From Rhodosorus marinus CCMP1338 (taxonomy: Eukaryota; Plantae; Rhodophyta): a stretch of 64,000 nt of DNA. The stretch's first letter is position 1, and each line of letters begins with the position of its first letter. The notes beneath the pieces were generated by a model. It did no database searches. It was not told the origin of the DNA and was given only the letters and a program-made list of their open reading frames with translations. The stretch is taken from positions 1,054,001 to 1,118,000 of the forward strand of contig JAMWBK010000009.1 of NCBI GenBank assembly GCA_029953675.1, written 5' to 3'. Below are positions 39,061-50,864 of this stretch, in pieces. The translations under genes were made by a program, and so were the position numbers.

Positions 39061-39783
39061 TCAGTCGAAAGAAGGCATCTCAATTGCGTTCACCTTCGCT
39101 ACCGAATCTCGCGTTGAAATCAGATCCTGCCAACGTTTCACATTCTCAAATCCTTCAAACTTGTCCTTAATTTCATCGCTCAGCGCTGGTGAGTAACTCC
39201 ACCAGTAGCATGCGATATCCGCGATTGTGAGCTCGTCTCCACAAATGTACTTATTCTCAGATAACTGCTTGTCAAGAACACCGAACAACCGTAGCGACTC
39301 CTTCATGTACCGCTCTTTACCGATAGGGTCGTCCACCTTGCTATAGAGGTGGAAGAAATTGTTCTGCCCAAGCATAGGACCGAATCCAGCCATCTGCCAG
39401 TACAGCCATTCCTTCACATTGTACCTTTGCTTTAGATCATTTCCACCGGCAAGCTTTGTGTCGTGCTTTTCAGCAAGGTACTCAAGAATGGCCCCGGACT
39501 CGAAGACCGCCATGTCGTCCGTCGTGTGATCAACAATCGCTGGAATTTTCGAGTTCGGATTAACCTTCACGAACTCATCCGAGAACTGCATATTCTTTCC
39601 GATATGAATCCATTTCAGATCATAAGTCTGCCCGAGCTCCTCCAGCATCATCGAAATCTTCTTCCCGTTGGGAGTCGGGAAGTAGTACAACGAATAATCC
39701 GCCATCCTCCTACGAGTGCTCAGCCGCCTACTCACAGAAGCCCCAGATACTCTCGCAATCGGACCCGTCACAAAATTCAACAT
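39061..39783 (-). CDS. Glutathione S-transferase, YfcG/Ure2-like class, intronless, with a putative transit peptide
   Basis: YYFPTPNGKK, NPNSKIPAI, FESGAILEYLAEK, WLYWQMAGFGPMLGQ and TIADIA. A 26-aa Ser/Arg-rich N-terminal extension precedes Met at 39705. Confidence 0.92.
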   Translation of the reverse strand: MLNFVTGPIARVSGASVSRRLSTRRRMADYSLYYFPTPNGKKISMMLEELGQTYDLKWIHIGKNMQFSDEFVKVNPNSKIPAIVDHTTDDMAVFESGAILEYLAEKHDTKLAGGNDLKQRYNVKEWLYWQMAGFGPMLGQNNFFHLYSKVDDPIGKERYMKESLRLFGVLDKQLSENKYICGDELTIADIACYWWSYSPALSDEIKDKFEGFENVKRWQDLISTRDSVAKVNAIEMPSFD

Positions 39784-42598
39784 TCGTCACCACAACACCA
39801 GAAATCCCCTTTCTAAAGCTCTAGATCCTCACAAACACGAACCAAAACCAAACTATTCCTGTCCTTGTCCTGCTGCCGCTTTATCCACCTCAACCCCTCT
39901 CACCCCAATCCCAAATCCTCTTTATAAACCCACTGTTTCCCATCAAAATGCCAACCGTTTTTTCACTTCTACAAAATCCATCCATTTTATTACCATAAAT
40001 CAACAATCCAACGATCAATTCCCCATTAATGCTCAGATTGGTCCTTTCATTCAAAATATATCTAAAAACCAAACATTCATCGAGTTCTACATTCTGATTA
40101 ATTTATTGGGGTTGGATTTCGACGGTTAAATTTGTTGTACTATTCACGATCACGGTAAGTTGATTGAATATCTACAAACCAATTGAATCGGTTTTGATTG
40201 GTTAAGGTATATGTGTGTTTTAGTTATTTTTAGGCAGAGAATGGGTGTGCGAAGCTGTTCGACAGGGCGGGGTGAAATTCTATTGCTGGCGGGGATGGGA
40301 GCACTTGAGGGGTTGGTGGGTACTCTGTGCGTAAGAGCGGGTTAGTTGAGAGCTTTTCGTCATGGTTTTTGGTCTGCACTCTGAATGCGATTCCTCGGAA
40401 ATTTCCGGCTACTCTGGCCTTCCACTCTGAATGCAACTTCTTAGTAATTTCCAGCGCACTGGCCTGCCAACCTGAAGGAAAAAAGTCCTTAGCAATTTTT
40501 GAGAATTGTGTGTTCTTCCATTTGAACTGCAAGCATCGTCCGGTGTGTAGATCAGGACAATGCCATGGACATTCCTACGGTGAACACTTACTTTTTCTGC
40601 TCCGGACGCCACACGCGCGACTACCGTTGTCTCCTGTCAACCCACGCTGTCTGGCAGCAGGGACAAAAAAACTTTTGCGTGCTTTATCCAGACTTCGAGA
40701 AAGGTATCATCCTTTTTGGAACAATCTATTTGTTGATGTGTTTGGTTTCTATGAGATGTTTGGTACGTGCGTCGGATGATAATGAACCCCGCAGTTTCTC
40801 TCACTTCGTTTCCTTGTTAGTCCGCGATGACATGTCAGTAAGTCAGCTCCTTCTCGCTTGTATTTTGATCAAAGTAGAGATATTGTGCTCTCAGATTATC
40901 GGTGGTTGTGGTCGAGGTATTGGCAGTGCTCAACATTGTCAAGCTTTTATTTGCCGTGCGAGGTGTGCACGACATTGGCTTGCGGGCTGGCGGCTTTGCA
41001 AGGTGGCACACGTCCTGGGGTGTTTTTTTATTAGGTTTTCTTGGTTGCAGCCTATCGTTGGGATACGCTCTACGCTGGCTACAGTGTTTATGGGCTGGCT
41101 CTGAATTGTCGGTTTAAGTTAAATGAGAGAAACGCTTGCTTCTTCCACGAGCTTCTCACGTGGGCGCAGAATCGATGCTAAAGAACTCAGGCACGGGACC
41201 GGATTGCACTCCGAATGTATTCCCCAGCAGTTTCCAGAAACAGTCTGCCTTTTGATCTGTAGCATCGTTCAAAGTAGGTCAGCGCGATGTCAAGGTACTC
41301 CTACGGCGTCCCTCTGGCAGAAAGGACGCAAGTACTTTGCATGCCAATCCAGAGCACGACTCTTGGAGAAAGGTATTATCCTTGTCGGAACAAAATATTT
41401 TCTTCTCCGCGGGCCGTAGCGGCCTTGACATCGCTGTTGTTTCGAGAGCGCAAAACCGTCCCCAGAGACTTTTCTTATCACCGAATATTCCCCAACGAGC
41501 GATTGCGCTCTTGTACAGTCATCATCCTGCTTGTGTCAGACAACCCCGCCATCTGACTAGAGACACACGGAGGCAGTTCGCAGGGTGGTCATCAATTATC
41601 CATCGACCTCCTGACATGTCCTATTTGCATCGTTGAGGGGGGGGGGGGGTGTTGCAGAAAGCTCACCCGGCTAATGGGTCATAATCCGCGGAGCGTGCGG
41701 CAAAGTTCATTCTCAACAACAAAATACACTGTCGATCATCAATGGCGATCAAGAAAGATCACCTCTTGCTAGGCTGATTTACATCCTCTCCAAATCCATA
41801 CTGTTCTCACAATCTCACCTATGCAGTCCACCAGACCTCAGCTCTCCAGCCCCTGACCCCGCCAAAACGCCAAAACGCCTCCCCGAAAGGCCAAAACTCC
41901 CGCCAAAATACCCTGGGATTACAATTTTATTTTAAAACAAAATATGTTGCAGCCACTTACAGGCAACTTATGCTCACAATAAAACGAAAATAAACAAAAA
42001 CATCCGAAACACGAATATCCGAATAGCGCGAAATAATTGAATCTAAATAAAAATGTGATATATTGGTTAATTCTCAAATAAATGGATTGTAGTAAATAGA
42101 ATATTTAATATTTCATGGTTTATGAATATAGGAAGATCCAACCTTCCGTGCTGGACAGTTCTTTGTTTGTTCGTAAAGTGTCATGTGGGCTTACCTTTAT
42201 GAGGATGGGAAAGTCGGTCTTCGGAAGAGGTTGGGGATGGAGGATGGGGACGCAGTAGTAAGTGGATGGAGAAAGGCTGGAGTGATATGTTTGTTGTCCT
42301 TTTTTCCGCTTGAACCCTGGTTTTTTGTAGTTTTATTTTGATAGCTACCCGTTTTCTATTTCTTGTTGTGGTTTTTTTTGGTTTTTTCGCCCTGGTTGTA
42401 TGTTAGAACGTAGAGTGTGTGAGTAGAGTGGTGCTTGGTGGGTTGACTTTAAGCGAATCTCTTAGTTCCAGGAGTGGGGTTTTGGAGTTGGTGTGAAGGA
42501 TGTGACTATTTGAAGCAACTTCATAAGTTTTTTGGAGGGCCTTTGGGTGGGTTTTTGGCTTTTTCCGAGGGCGTTTTTTTTGTGGGTTGGAATTTTTG

Positions 42599-45378
42599 AT
42601 GGCGGCGGTGCATGAGCTTGCGATTACAGGGCATGTTTTGGATGTCGTTCCTCCACTGGAGCCGAGTTTGCCGATCACTGCGCCAAATCGTGGGTCGAGG
42701 AGGTTCTTGAGACTGTCGTCGTCGGCTGACGCTCCGAAAGAGAAGCGGAGACGAACAGGTTGGTTGTCCGATGAGTCGGAGTTCAAGAAAATTGTTGAGG
42801 AGCACATTCGGTTGATTATATCCAGCCCGGGTACTGCTTCTGAAGCTACAGAGAACCGGTAAGAGCGTGCTGAGCATACTAGTTGGCCTTTGCAGATGCT
42901 CTGAGAACATGTTCTGAATTCGAAATGAATGCAGGAAGAAATGTGAAGATACGCGACGATTTAGAAGAGGCAACTCTGAGCTGTGGGTAAACTCGCACAG
43001 CCCGAAAAGCTTCTGGAACCTTGTTGGAAACGGGGCGCTGAACAGGGAGCTCTTGCGATGGCTCGTCAGCTGGAGAGACTTTATCTCTCGTGCTGGTGAC
43101 CGACCAGAAAGCAACATCATCGTAGTCCATGGGCCACCAGGTTTGGTTTCATCAAGCGAAACTGCTCTTATCAACTTTAAGCTAAGTCCTCTCTGACGCT
43201 CTATAGGTATCGGTAAAACTACGCTCGCGGATGTTCTTGCCCAGCACTGCGGATTTGACACAGTGACGATTGATGCGTCAGACGTGAGAACCGGAAAATC
43301 CATTGGCACCATAATCCAAGATACAATGTGTGCGAAAAGGTCTATTACCAGCTATCTACCGAATCCGGACACGGACAGCGGTGAGAAGAAACAGCACAGG
43401 AGCTGCCTGATATTGGATGAGATTGATGGCTTATTTCAAGGGAGTGAAAGCACGAGCGCAATCTCGTCCATTTGTAAGCTTGTCTCTACCGGAGGTAAGT
43501 TACAGTTCATCAAACGAGAAACTGTCTAAGAATGCGAACGACTGACTTTGGTTTAAACACTTTTGTGCACGCAGCCGGTCAGGGAGCCGAAAACCAAAAT
43601 GGTGGGGTCCCAATCATTGCTCTCTGCAACGACGTTTATGTTAGAGCTCTGCGCCCTCTCCGGAGTATTGCTCCTTGCTACGCAATGCAACCTGTCGCGA
43701 AGGTTGAGCTTGTAGAAAGGCTCCTAGAGATTCTTACCGTCGAGGGCGTCGCCGTAAATCGAAACCTAGTGGAGGAGGTAGGACGTGTACTCGGCTTTGT
43801 ACGTGAAGTCTATACTGATAAACACACTTTCCACATTCGTTTGCGAAGATCGCGGAACTGTCGAACTACGATGTTCGCTCCTCCTTGAACACACTGCAGT
43901 TCTTGCGGGATTCGCTTTCGCAAAGCCCGGACACTCTCACGAGACAACTCTCCGTTATCGGGCACAAGGACATCGGAAGAAGTGTTTTTGAACTGTGGGA
44001 CAAAGTCTTCCGTGAGACATCAACGGATGCGTGCAGACGATTTAGAGTGCGTTAAATCAAGCTGCTTTTGGTATCCAGCGGATGGAGATGATTTTAACAC
44101 CTTTCCGAATGCTTGTGCGTGGTCTCTTACGACTGCAGGTCAGGAAGAGCCCGGAGGAGGTTGAACGAGCCTGCTTCCAGGACATAAAGCAACTGGCGTA
44201 TCAGGTGGATCTCGACTACGCCCTCTATGGATGCTTTGAGAACGCCGCAAAGGTCATTGCCCATCGCGATCCCACAATGAGGAACTTGGCGTCGGCTCTT
44301 AATCGTCACAGTCAATTGGACACCATGCTGCAGCCCGAGCACTCAGGTGAGTCGGTTTTCCCGAGCCAACTACCTCTGTTAAAGTCTGCGGAGCTTTCGA
44401 GTTGACAGTCAGTTCTACAAATCACCAGGGTCGGTTGCTGATGAGTGCAAGGCGTCGGTCATAGCTGCATACAGACTTGCGTGTGGGAGAGCGTCTGGAG
44501 ATGTTAAATTTGACATGCCTTCGGTCGCCAAACTCGCGTTTGAAAAGCAGCTTATGAACAACATTGACTCAGAGTTTCTCAGCGTATGTCACATCTCCGG
44601 GACCCTGTCTCTCCCTTCCGAGTGCTAAATGCAATTGACTCGATTTCCCCGAAAACAGGATATCACTTCTGGAAGCGTGAGGCGAGGGATGTCAAAGAAA
44701 ACTCTCGCGCTTGACTACGGGCCTGCGATCTCATCCATTCTAGAATGCCAGTATAGCCAAGCTGATAGCAAGGCCCAAGGCGAGGTGCGAACATCATAAG
44801 CAGACATAGTTGCTCATGATATTGTATAGCATGATTTTCTGAATTCCTAGTGCGCTTTCGTCGGCTAGGTAACCCGCTTGATCTGCAGCACCATGATGCA
44901 ATATGGAATATCGATTAGGAGCGATTCAAAGTCCAAACCTGGACTTGGCGATGTCAGTTTCGCTCCTGACTTGGTCAGAAGGACAACTATTCGAGTTGAT
45001 GATGAAGTCAGTGCCTCGCAGAATCAATCCCGACGGACGATGCCGACTGAGGCAAGGCAGGAGATGATGGGTTCCTTGAAACACGCATTCGATATTTTTG
45101 CGATCTGCAACGGTAGGGATTAAGCCAAGGCTCTGACACAAGGTCTTGGTCCTCACCACCGCAAGACTTTCCAACTTTCCGTGTTAGACTATTCAGAGGC
45201 GGTGGACGTCGCGAAGGAATCAGGGCAGCAAGAGGATGCTCTTGAGGGGGCCGAATCCGATTTTGTTGCGGAGGTTCAGTGCGAAGCATTCCAACGCTCA
45301 CTGCGAGGACGACTAATTTACAACGAGGGACACACTAACGCGGTCATCAGAGCAATGCATATTGAGGACTGGCTATAA
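42599..45378 (+). CDS. CTF18: Chromosome transmission fidelity protein 18 (RFC-like AAA+ clamp-loader subunit)
   Basis: LWV..HSPKSF..LVGNGALNRELLRWL, Walker A GPPGIGKTT, DASDVR, CLILDEIDG, PIIALCND.YVRALRPLR and a C-terminal YNEGHTNAVIR.MHIEDWL. Confidence 0.88.
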
Positions 45379-46131
45379 TTTAACATACCATTCGAGTGGA
45401 TCAGCATTTCCGTCCAGGCGCTTTGTAATGAAGCATATGTTTTTTTGTACAATGCGCAAAAGTCCTGGTGTGCTTCACAAGAACCGATATTCAAGTAATT
45501 GCCCCCGTCACCGTCATTCGGGCTAGCTTAAGGGAGTCAACGTCGCGGTAAAAGCCAGCACAAACTGCTCGAACGACAAAGCTAGTCCAGATACTCAGAA
45601 CTACTGATCTACTACAAACACAGAGCTCATATAGATAAAATTTAAAATCCATGACCTAGCCATCAAGCTTGACTCTGAACCCAACAACCCAGTAGTCCGA
45701 CCTGACACTCGCACTCTCCCTAGCTCACCAAATCCATTTTGCCCATCCGACAGTGGAGAGAAACACAAATTATTAGAAAATGTAATATATTTTTATGCAT
45801 TTTCATTAAAACCAGGTATTCTTGGAATTCCCTTATACTAGGGGAATAAATTATTTAAATTTAATAATTTGTTGATATAGATATTAATTAACTTAATTCA
45901 AAATATTTATAGATGAATAGTGCTTCTTTTTTATCCTAAGGAGTATGAAAATGAGCGATGGAAAATTCGGGAAAATCCGTTTTTTCCGTGGAGAGGTTGG
46001 GAAGATACTCTGGTGATTTTCGGGGCGGAGACGGGAAGGGGTTTTGAAAGGCTGGATACGTCTATGGTCTAAAGCAGAATTGATCTGGTTACTGTTGAAA
46101 CTGCTGTTTTCTCTTTTATATTCTCTAGAAG

Positions 46132-48120
46132 ATGGGAGACGAAATGAGAATATTGTCCCTTCTGCCATCCTGCACTCAGATTGTGCTGGGGTTGTCGCTT
46201 CGGGAGTACCTTGTGGGTGTCACTCACGAGTGCGAGATTGATGGGAATTCTGCGGAAATTGAAGGGGTTGAACGAGTCACGAGCTCAGTAATACCGATTG
46301 GAACGACATCACAGAAGGACATTGATCTCGCGGTCAAGACATCGGTCAGCAGCGGGATTTCGTTGTACACGATTGACGAGGACAAGTTTGCGAGAGTGAA
46401 TCCGAGCATCATATTGACGCAAAACCTGTGTTCAGTATGTGCACCGACTAAGAAAGAGGTTCAGCGAGTCTCGGATGTTGCTTACCCAGATTCTTGCGCT
46501 CATCATGGATTGAACATTGTCAGTCTCGAGCCGACTTGCCTGGATGAAGTCGCGGATACTTTCATGACGGTTGCGGATGAGTGTCAAGTGCACGATAGAG
46601 GAATTGGGCTCAAGGCGAAGTTCTATTCTGAACTTTACAAAGTGGAAAATGCCACGAATCGAATCAGAGAAAACTTGGACCTGCGAAAACCAACTCTAAT
46701 GTTGCTGGAGTGGCTAGATCCACCTTTTGACGGAGGACATTGGGTCCCGGACATGGTTGAAATCGCTGGTTGCATCCCTCCCGATAGCTTTGGAGGAAAG
46801 AAACGGCGATCTCTGGAAAGATCCTGGGAGGACATTGTCAGTGCAGACCCTGAAGTAATTTTGGTGGCCTGCTGTGGATTTGACCTGGAGAGGAATTTCA
46901 AAGATGCGACAGAAACACTGTTCGATGCGGACTCTGAGGTTTCGAAGATGTTCCAGTCTCTGCGAGCCACTCGAAATGGACGAGTATTCGCAGTAGATGC
47001 GAATCAGTACTTTGCCCAGCCTGCGCCTCAGCTGAGCATGGGCGCTGCTCTGATGGCTCGATTAGCGTACGATAACGACGATCGCGCTGTCTCATTGTTG
47101 AACGATGCTCTTGGCGATCTCATTCCAGCTGAAGGAGCCGGCTGGAAACGGCTGAAACCGAAAGTCGTGGAGGGATTTAAAGAAACCAAAGTGAAGGACA
47201 TTGAATCTGTGTGGGAATTACATGACGAAGCAGTAAAGAATCAGCAACTTCACTACACTGACCCAGAGACGGGTCTTTTCGTGTTCACCAGTCTCGCCCA
47301 TAAGAGACGAGGACGCTGTTGCGGAAGCGGATGTCGTCATTGCCCATATGGACATGAAAACGTTTCCCTGGAAAAGAGGTCGGAGTTCATCGTGCAGGCC
47401 TCCTTCCTCAACAAGAGGCGGGCAGATGGATTCGCAAAACACCGATACGTGGTGTTTTTCAGCACCGGCAAGGATTCTTTCTTAGCCTTGCGCCAATGGA
47501 TTGCTCTCAAGCGCAGAGAGGACAAAATGGGGTGGGAGGAAGTTCTAGATAGAATCGTCCTGTTGACGTCATTTGACAGTACAACCAAAAGGATCGCGCA
47601 CCAGGATACTACCATCGACGACGCTCGTCGCCAAGCAAAGGCACTGGATCTGAGCCTCTTAGCAGTGCCCCTGCACCCTGGGAAAGATTATGTTAGAAGC
47701 ATTGATGAGGCTCTGGACTTGGTTCGAACGCAACAAGGCGCGGAAACATTCTCGCTCGTGTTCGGTGACCTCCGTCTCGAACTAATCAAAGATTGGCGTG
47801 ATAAGTATCTTGGTCACCTGGGCATACTAGAGTACCCACTCTTCGGAGTCGACTACGACGAGCTTTTCCAGGATCTGCAGCTTAGTGGCGTGCCCTGCAC
47901 AATCACCTCCCGTGAGTTCGGTAAGGACCTTCACGAGAGGTCGTGTCAAGAGGTTTATGTCGGACGGGAGTTCGACGCAGAGCTCCGAAAAGCTTGCGTT
48001 GAATGTGGATGGGACGATTTTGGTGAGGACGGAGAATTTCATACTCTAGCTCGTGTGTGGGAAGTGGACAGCAGAAGAGCCCTGGGCTTGTGCGGTGAAA
48101 CCCGAGCTTTTCAGCAATAG
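46132..48120 (+). CDS. Intronless 662-aa fusion: BtuF/TroA-like (cobalamin/Fe-siderophore class III) binding domain + Cys-rich DUF5522-like domain + DUF71/COG2102 PP-loop ATPase
   Basis: aa5-312: RILSLLPS.T.IV, VGVTHEC, TQNLCSVCA, EWLDPPFDGGHWVPDMVEIAG, ACCGFDL, VDANQYF. aa361-410: YTDPETGLFVFT..AHKRRGRCCGSGCRHCPYGH. aa439-645: FSTGKDS, FGDLRLE.I..WR, GEDGEFHT. Confidence 0.85.
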   Translation: MGDEMRILSLLPSCTQIVLGLSLREYLVGVTHECEIDGNSAEIEGVERVTSSVIPIGTTSQKDIDLAVKTSVSSGISLYTIDEDKFARVNPSIILTQNLCSVCAPTKKEVQRVSDVAYPDSCAHHGLNIVSLEPTCLDEVADTFMTVADECQVHDRGIGLKAKFYSELYKVENATNRIRENLDLRKPTLMLLEWLDPPFDGGHWVPDMVEIAGCIPPDSFGGKKRRSLERSWEDIVSADPEVILVACCGFDLERNFKDATETLFDADSEVSKMFQSLRATRNGRVFAVDANQYFAQPAPQLSMGAALMARLAYDNDDRAVSLLNDALGDLIPAEGAGWKRLKPKVVEGFKETKVKDIESVWELHDEAVKNQQLHYTDPETGLFVFTSLAHKRRGRCCGSGCRHCPYGHENVSLEKRSEFIVQASFLNKRRADGFAKHRYVVFFSTGKDSFLALRQWIALKRREDKMGWEEVLDRIVLLTSFDSTTKRIAHQDTTIDDARRQAKALDLSLLAVPLHPGKDYVRSIDEALDLVRTQQGAETFSLVFGDLRLELIKDWRDKYLGHLGILEYPLFGVDYDELFQDLQLSGVPCTITSREFGKDLHERSCQEVYVGREFDAELRKACVECGWDDFGEDGEFHTLARVWEVDSRRALGLCGETRAFQQ

Positions 48121-48814
48121 CCTCAAAACTGTTGGGAGCACAAACCGCGAGCAAAAATTTCACGCTTTTTGGGTGTTGGGAATCGAAATGAGAAGCAACA
48201 AAAAGGGTACGGATTCAGATCTTGAAATCGTACAAAATACCTTCTGAAGCTGGAACACCAGAGGTGAGGCGACGTACAGCTCAGCCTCTGAGAAAATCAG
48301 TACGTTCGAGGCCTTGTAAGAAAAACAACATACTTCCTTCTAGCAAGCCGTCAAAACAATAAATATGCTCTGTAACACTGCACAAAGGGAAACGAACGTT
48401 CTGTGGTCAGAAAGTACCTCTGCAGCTTCGCTGTCATCAAGCCGAAGACTTCACCAGTCCCACCCAAATCGTTCCATAATAAATGCACTTTTGCAACCTT
48501 TTTGAAGACCAGAAATATTCCAATTTATGAATTCTTCGATCATCGCCGAAAGCCCGAAATTCAATTTACTTTGATATTATATCTAAAAACAATAATAAGT
48601 TAGGCTTTTCGTGGTGGTTAGATTTCAAACTCGAACTAGTGTGCTTTCATTTCGGAACTCGAATACTACTCGTGAGAGGGGTTTGTACATAGTCGATGGG
48701 ATGTGGCTGATAGACCGGGAGGGGTAGCGGACCTGAAGCCAGCTTTGGTCTTAGTTCGTTGGACTTTGTGATTTCTCTCTCTGTCTATCTATCTCTCGCT
48801 TTTAAAGAAGAACA

Positions 48815-49272
48815 ATGGCACTTGCTGCGTTTTTAACTGGAGCGACAATTTCTGGTGCTATGGTGTTTTCCCTGAGGCAGGCGGTTTATCGCGCTGCGGG
48901 GGAGACAGAGAGACAATTGTTGGAGATCGCCGGCAGCTCTTCTGAATCTGTACGTTTCAAGATTTCTACTTCGTTCTTTGATTTGAAGCAATGATGCTTT
49001 GGATTTGGTGGCTATTGGATTTTGGCTTCTGCATCTGATTTTTGGTTTGTGTTTTGGTCCCTCGACTTGGCTCCAAGATCGTGGAGAAGAAGGATGCCCT
49101 CAAGAACTTTTTCAGGACGCGCTTGGCGGTTCAATGGAACAGAGGAATTGATTCACTCTTCACTGGAATCATAGATGCTCCTGAAAATCTGAATAAGCTC
49201 GCTTCTGGGTTGCAGACTAGATTCGAAGCATGGAGGAAACAGCCTGACGACTCGGGCTCTCATACGGATTGA
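48815..49272 (+). CDS. Small mitochondrial inner-membrane protein, MICOS Mic12/Mic13-like
   Basis: N-terminal hydrophobic MALAAFLTGATISGAMVF, a phase-0 intron at 48950-49077, then a QWNRGID motif resembling the WN..(I/V) hallmark of Mic12-type proteins. Confidence 0.45.
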
Positions 49273-49639
49273 TCGAATTCTTGAAAGCAGCCTGCATGGA
49301 TTTTTGATCCGGTTGTCGACATCACGCAAAAGTCTCTACAAATCTGTTCTTATTCCTTGCTGCTTGCACAGTTGGCGAGTCTTGTTATTATATAAACCTG
49401 TCCTGAACATAAGCAACAGGCATAATGGCGAAAACTTTTAGCGATTAGACGGAAGCAATGGATTGTGCACTGGGTTGTAGATCATCCTGTGGCGCCGTAG
49501 GATCACTTTAGGTGGAAGGCCTGTTCCGGCCGGTTGATATTATGATGGTAAGAAGTTTCGTGTTTACCTCTCAGTCCGAGACGTCTTCCACGACTCCTGG
49601 GCATGCTTCTCAGTCTAGGCAGTAAGAAACGATTAACAA

Positions 49640-49812
49640 GGCCAATTTCATGAATTACCTTTTGAAATTCTTGTTGATCGTTCAGCATCATTCCGTAGCG
49701 ACGCTGGGATGGTGGACTCGCTCCTGGTTTCAGGGTCAAGTCGAAATTGACGTCTCTCACTGGTGCTAAGTCGTAAATAGCTTCCGCGAAGACATCCGGA
49801 AACTTGTTGTGC
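49640..49812 (-). mobile_element. Ty3/Gypsy-like pol fragment (protease-RT linker), degenerate
   Basis: KFPDVFAEAIYDLAPVRDVNFDLTLKPGASPPSQRRYGMMLNDQQEFQKVIHE matches the Gypsy pattern FPDVF..L..LPP.R.V.F.I.L.PG..P....PYRM...E..E. No RT core follows. Confidence 0.5.
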
Positions 49813-50864
49813 CTCCCAATAGGACAAGATCTTTTCGTATTTCGTCGCGATTCTCAGGCTCAGTGGTTGCAGGCTTTTCTTCAGGTTCTTCTGCCAAAGG
49901 TTGTAATGTTCTAGGTACCGCGGTGAGGGGGCTCCTTACATTCTCTAAGTGTAGTAGCGTTCTTTAGCGCCACGGGCAACCCCGTGCATTGGGTTGACAC
50001 CTCACGCGGTGAGAGCGCGATGGTCAAAGAAACGATATCTAGCAATGAGGGGTTTCTTATACGACCTTCTTAAAGTCTCCATTGAATCTTTATCCTATTA
50101 CAAACGTCCTCAGCACAGGTCTCCGTTCAGAACCTTTACGGTCATACGCAGCCAACCATCAAAAACTACCCCAAAAATAAACAAAATGTCATGAAGGCTG
50201 AATAGAAAAAACAATTAAAGACATACATCAAAACATCTTCAAAAAACAAGATAAAACAAAAATATCAGTAATACAAAGCTCCCTCGCGAAGAGAAAAAAG
50301 GACAGTCTGTCCAGTCCATACACGAGAAAACGCCAATATTGTTTTTATAATAAACTTATGAAGATTGAACATTTTATCCATAAAAAGAAATCTGCACCAG
50401 AAGACGCCGGCGGCGTCCTTTTCACTTAAAGCTCTTAATCATGACCAGAAAAACATCATTCTGACCCGGATATGTATATATATTTTAACAAAACCCACAT
50501 TTTTGGGTGATATGCTCTTAAAATATACATAAACCTGTTTAGAATTAGAGAGGATCATGTTGGATCGATTTGAGATGAGTTCATTTTGTTGTAGTTCTTG
50601 AATGGATTTAACAGGGGGGCGGTGCCGGCCGTCATTGGGAGGTTTTTTTGAGGGGATTGGGACGATGAAGATGGAAAAGGAGGGCCTTTTCTTTTGTTGG
50701 CGAAAATTTGAGTGTTAGGGCGAGTTTAGGAGGGAGTTGTGGGGAAGGGGAGGGAGGAGGTGAAGAGATTTCTGACGGGGAGGGGGGTGTTTGGGTGGTG
50801 GGGGGGGGGGGAAGAGGTGGATGTGCGAAGGTGTTGTTTAGGTATTACCTAGTAGCGAATCACC

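Noticed and set aside
47446-48066. Calling the 46.1-kb gene the canonical diphthamide synthase DPH6
   Set aside because: It has STGKDS, FGDL..E....WR and GE.GEFHT signatures plus a BtuF-like fusion, rather than the eukaryotic Dph6 layout. A phylogeny is needed, so no gene symbol was assigned.
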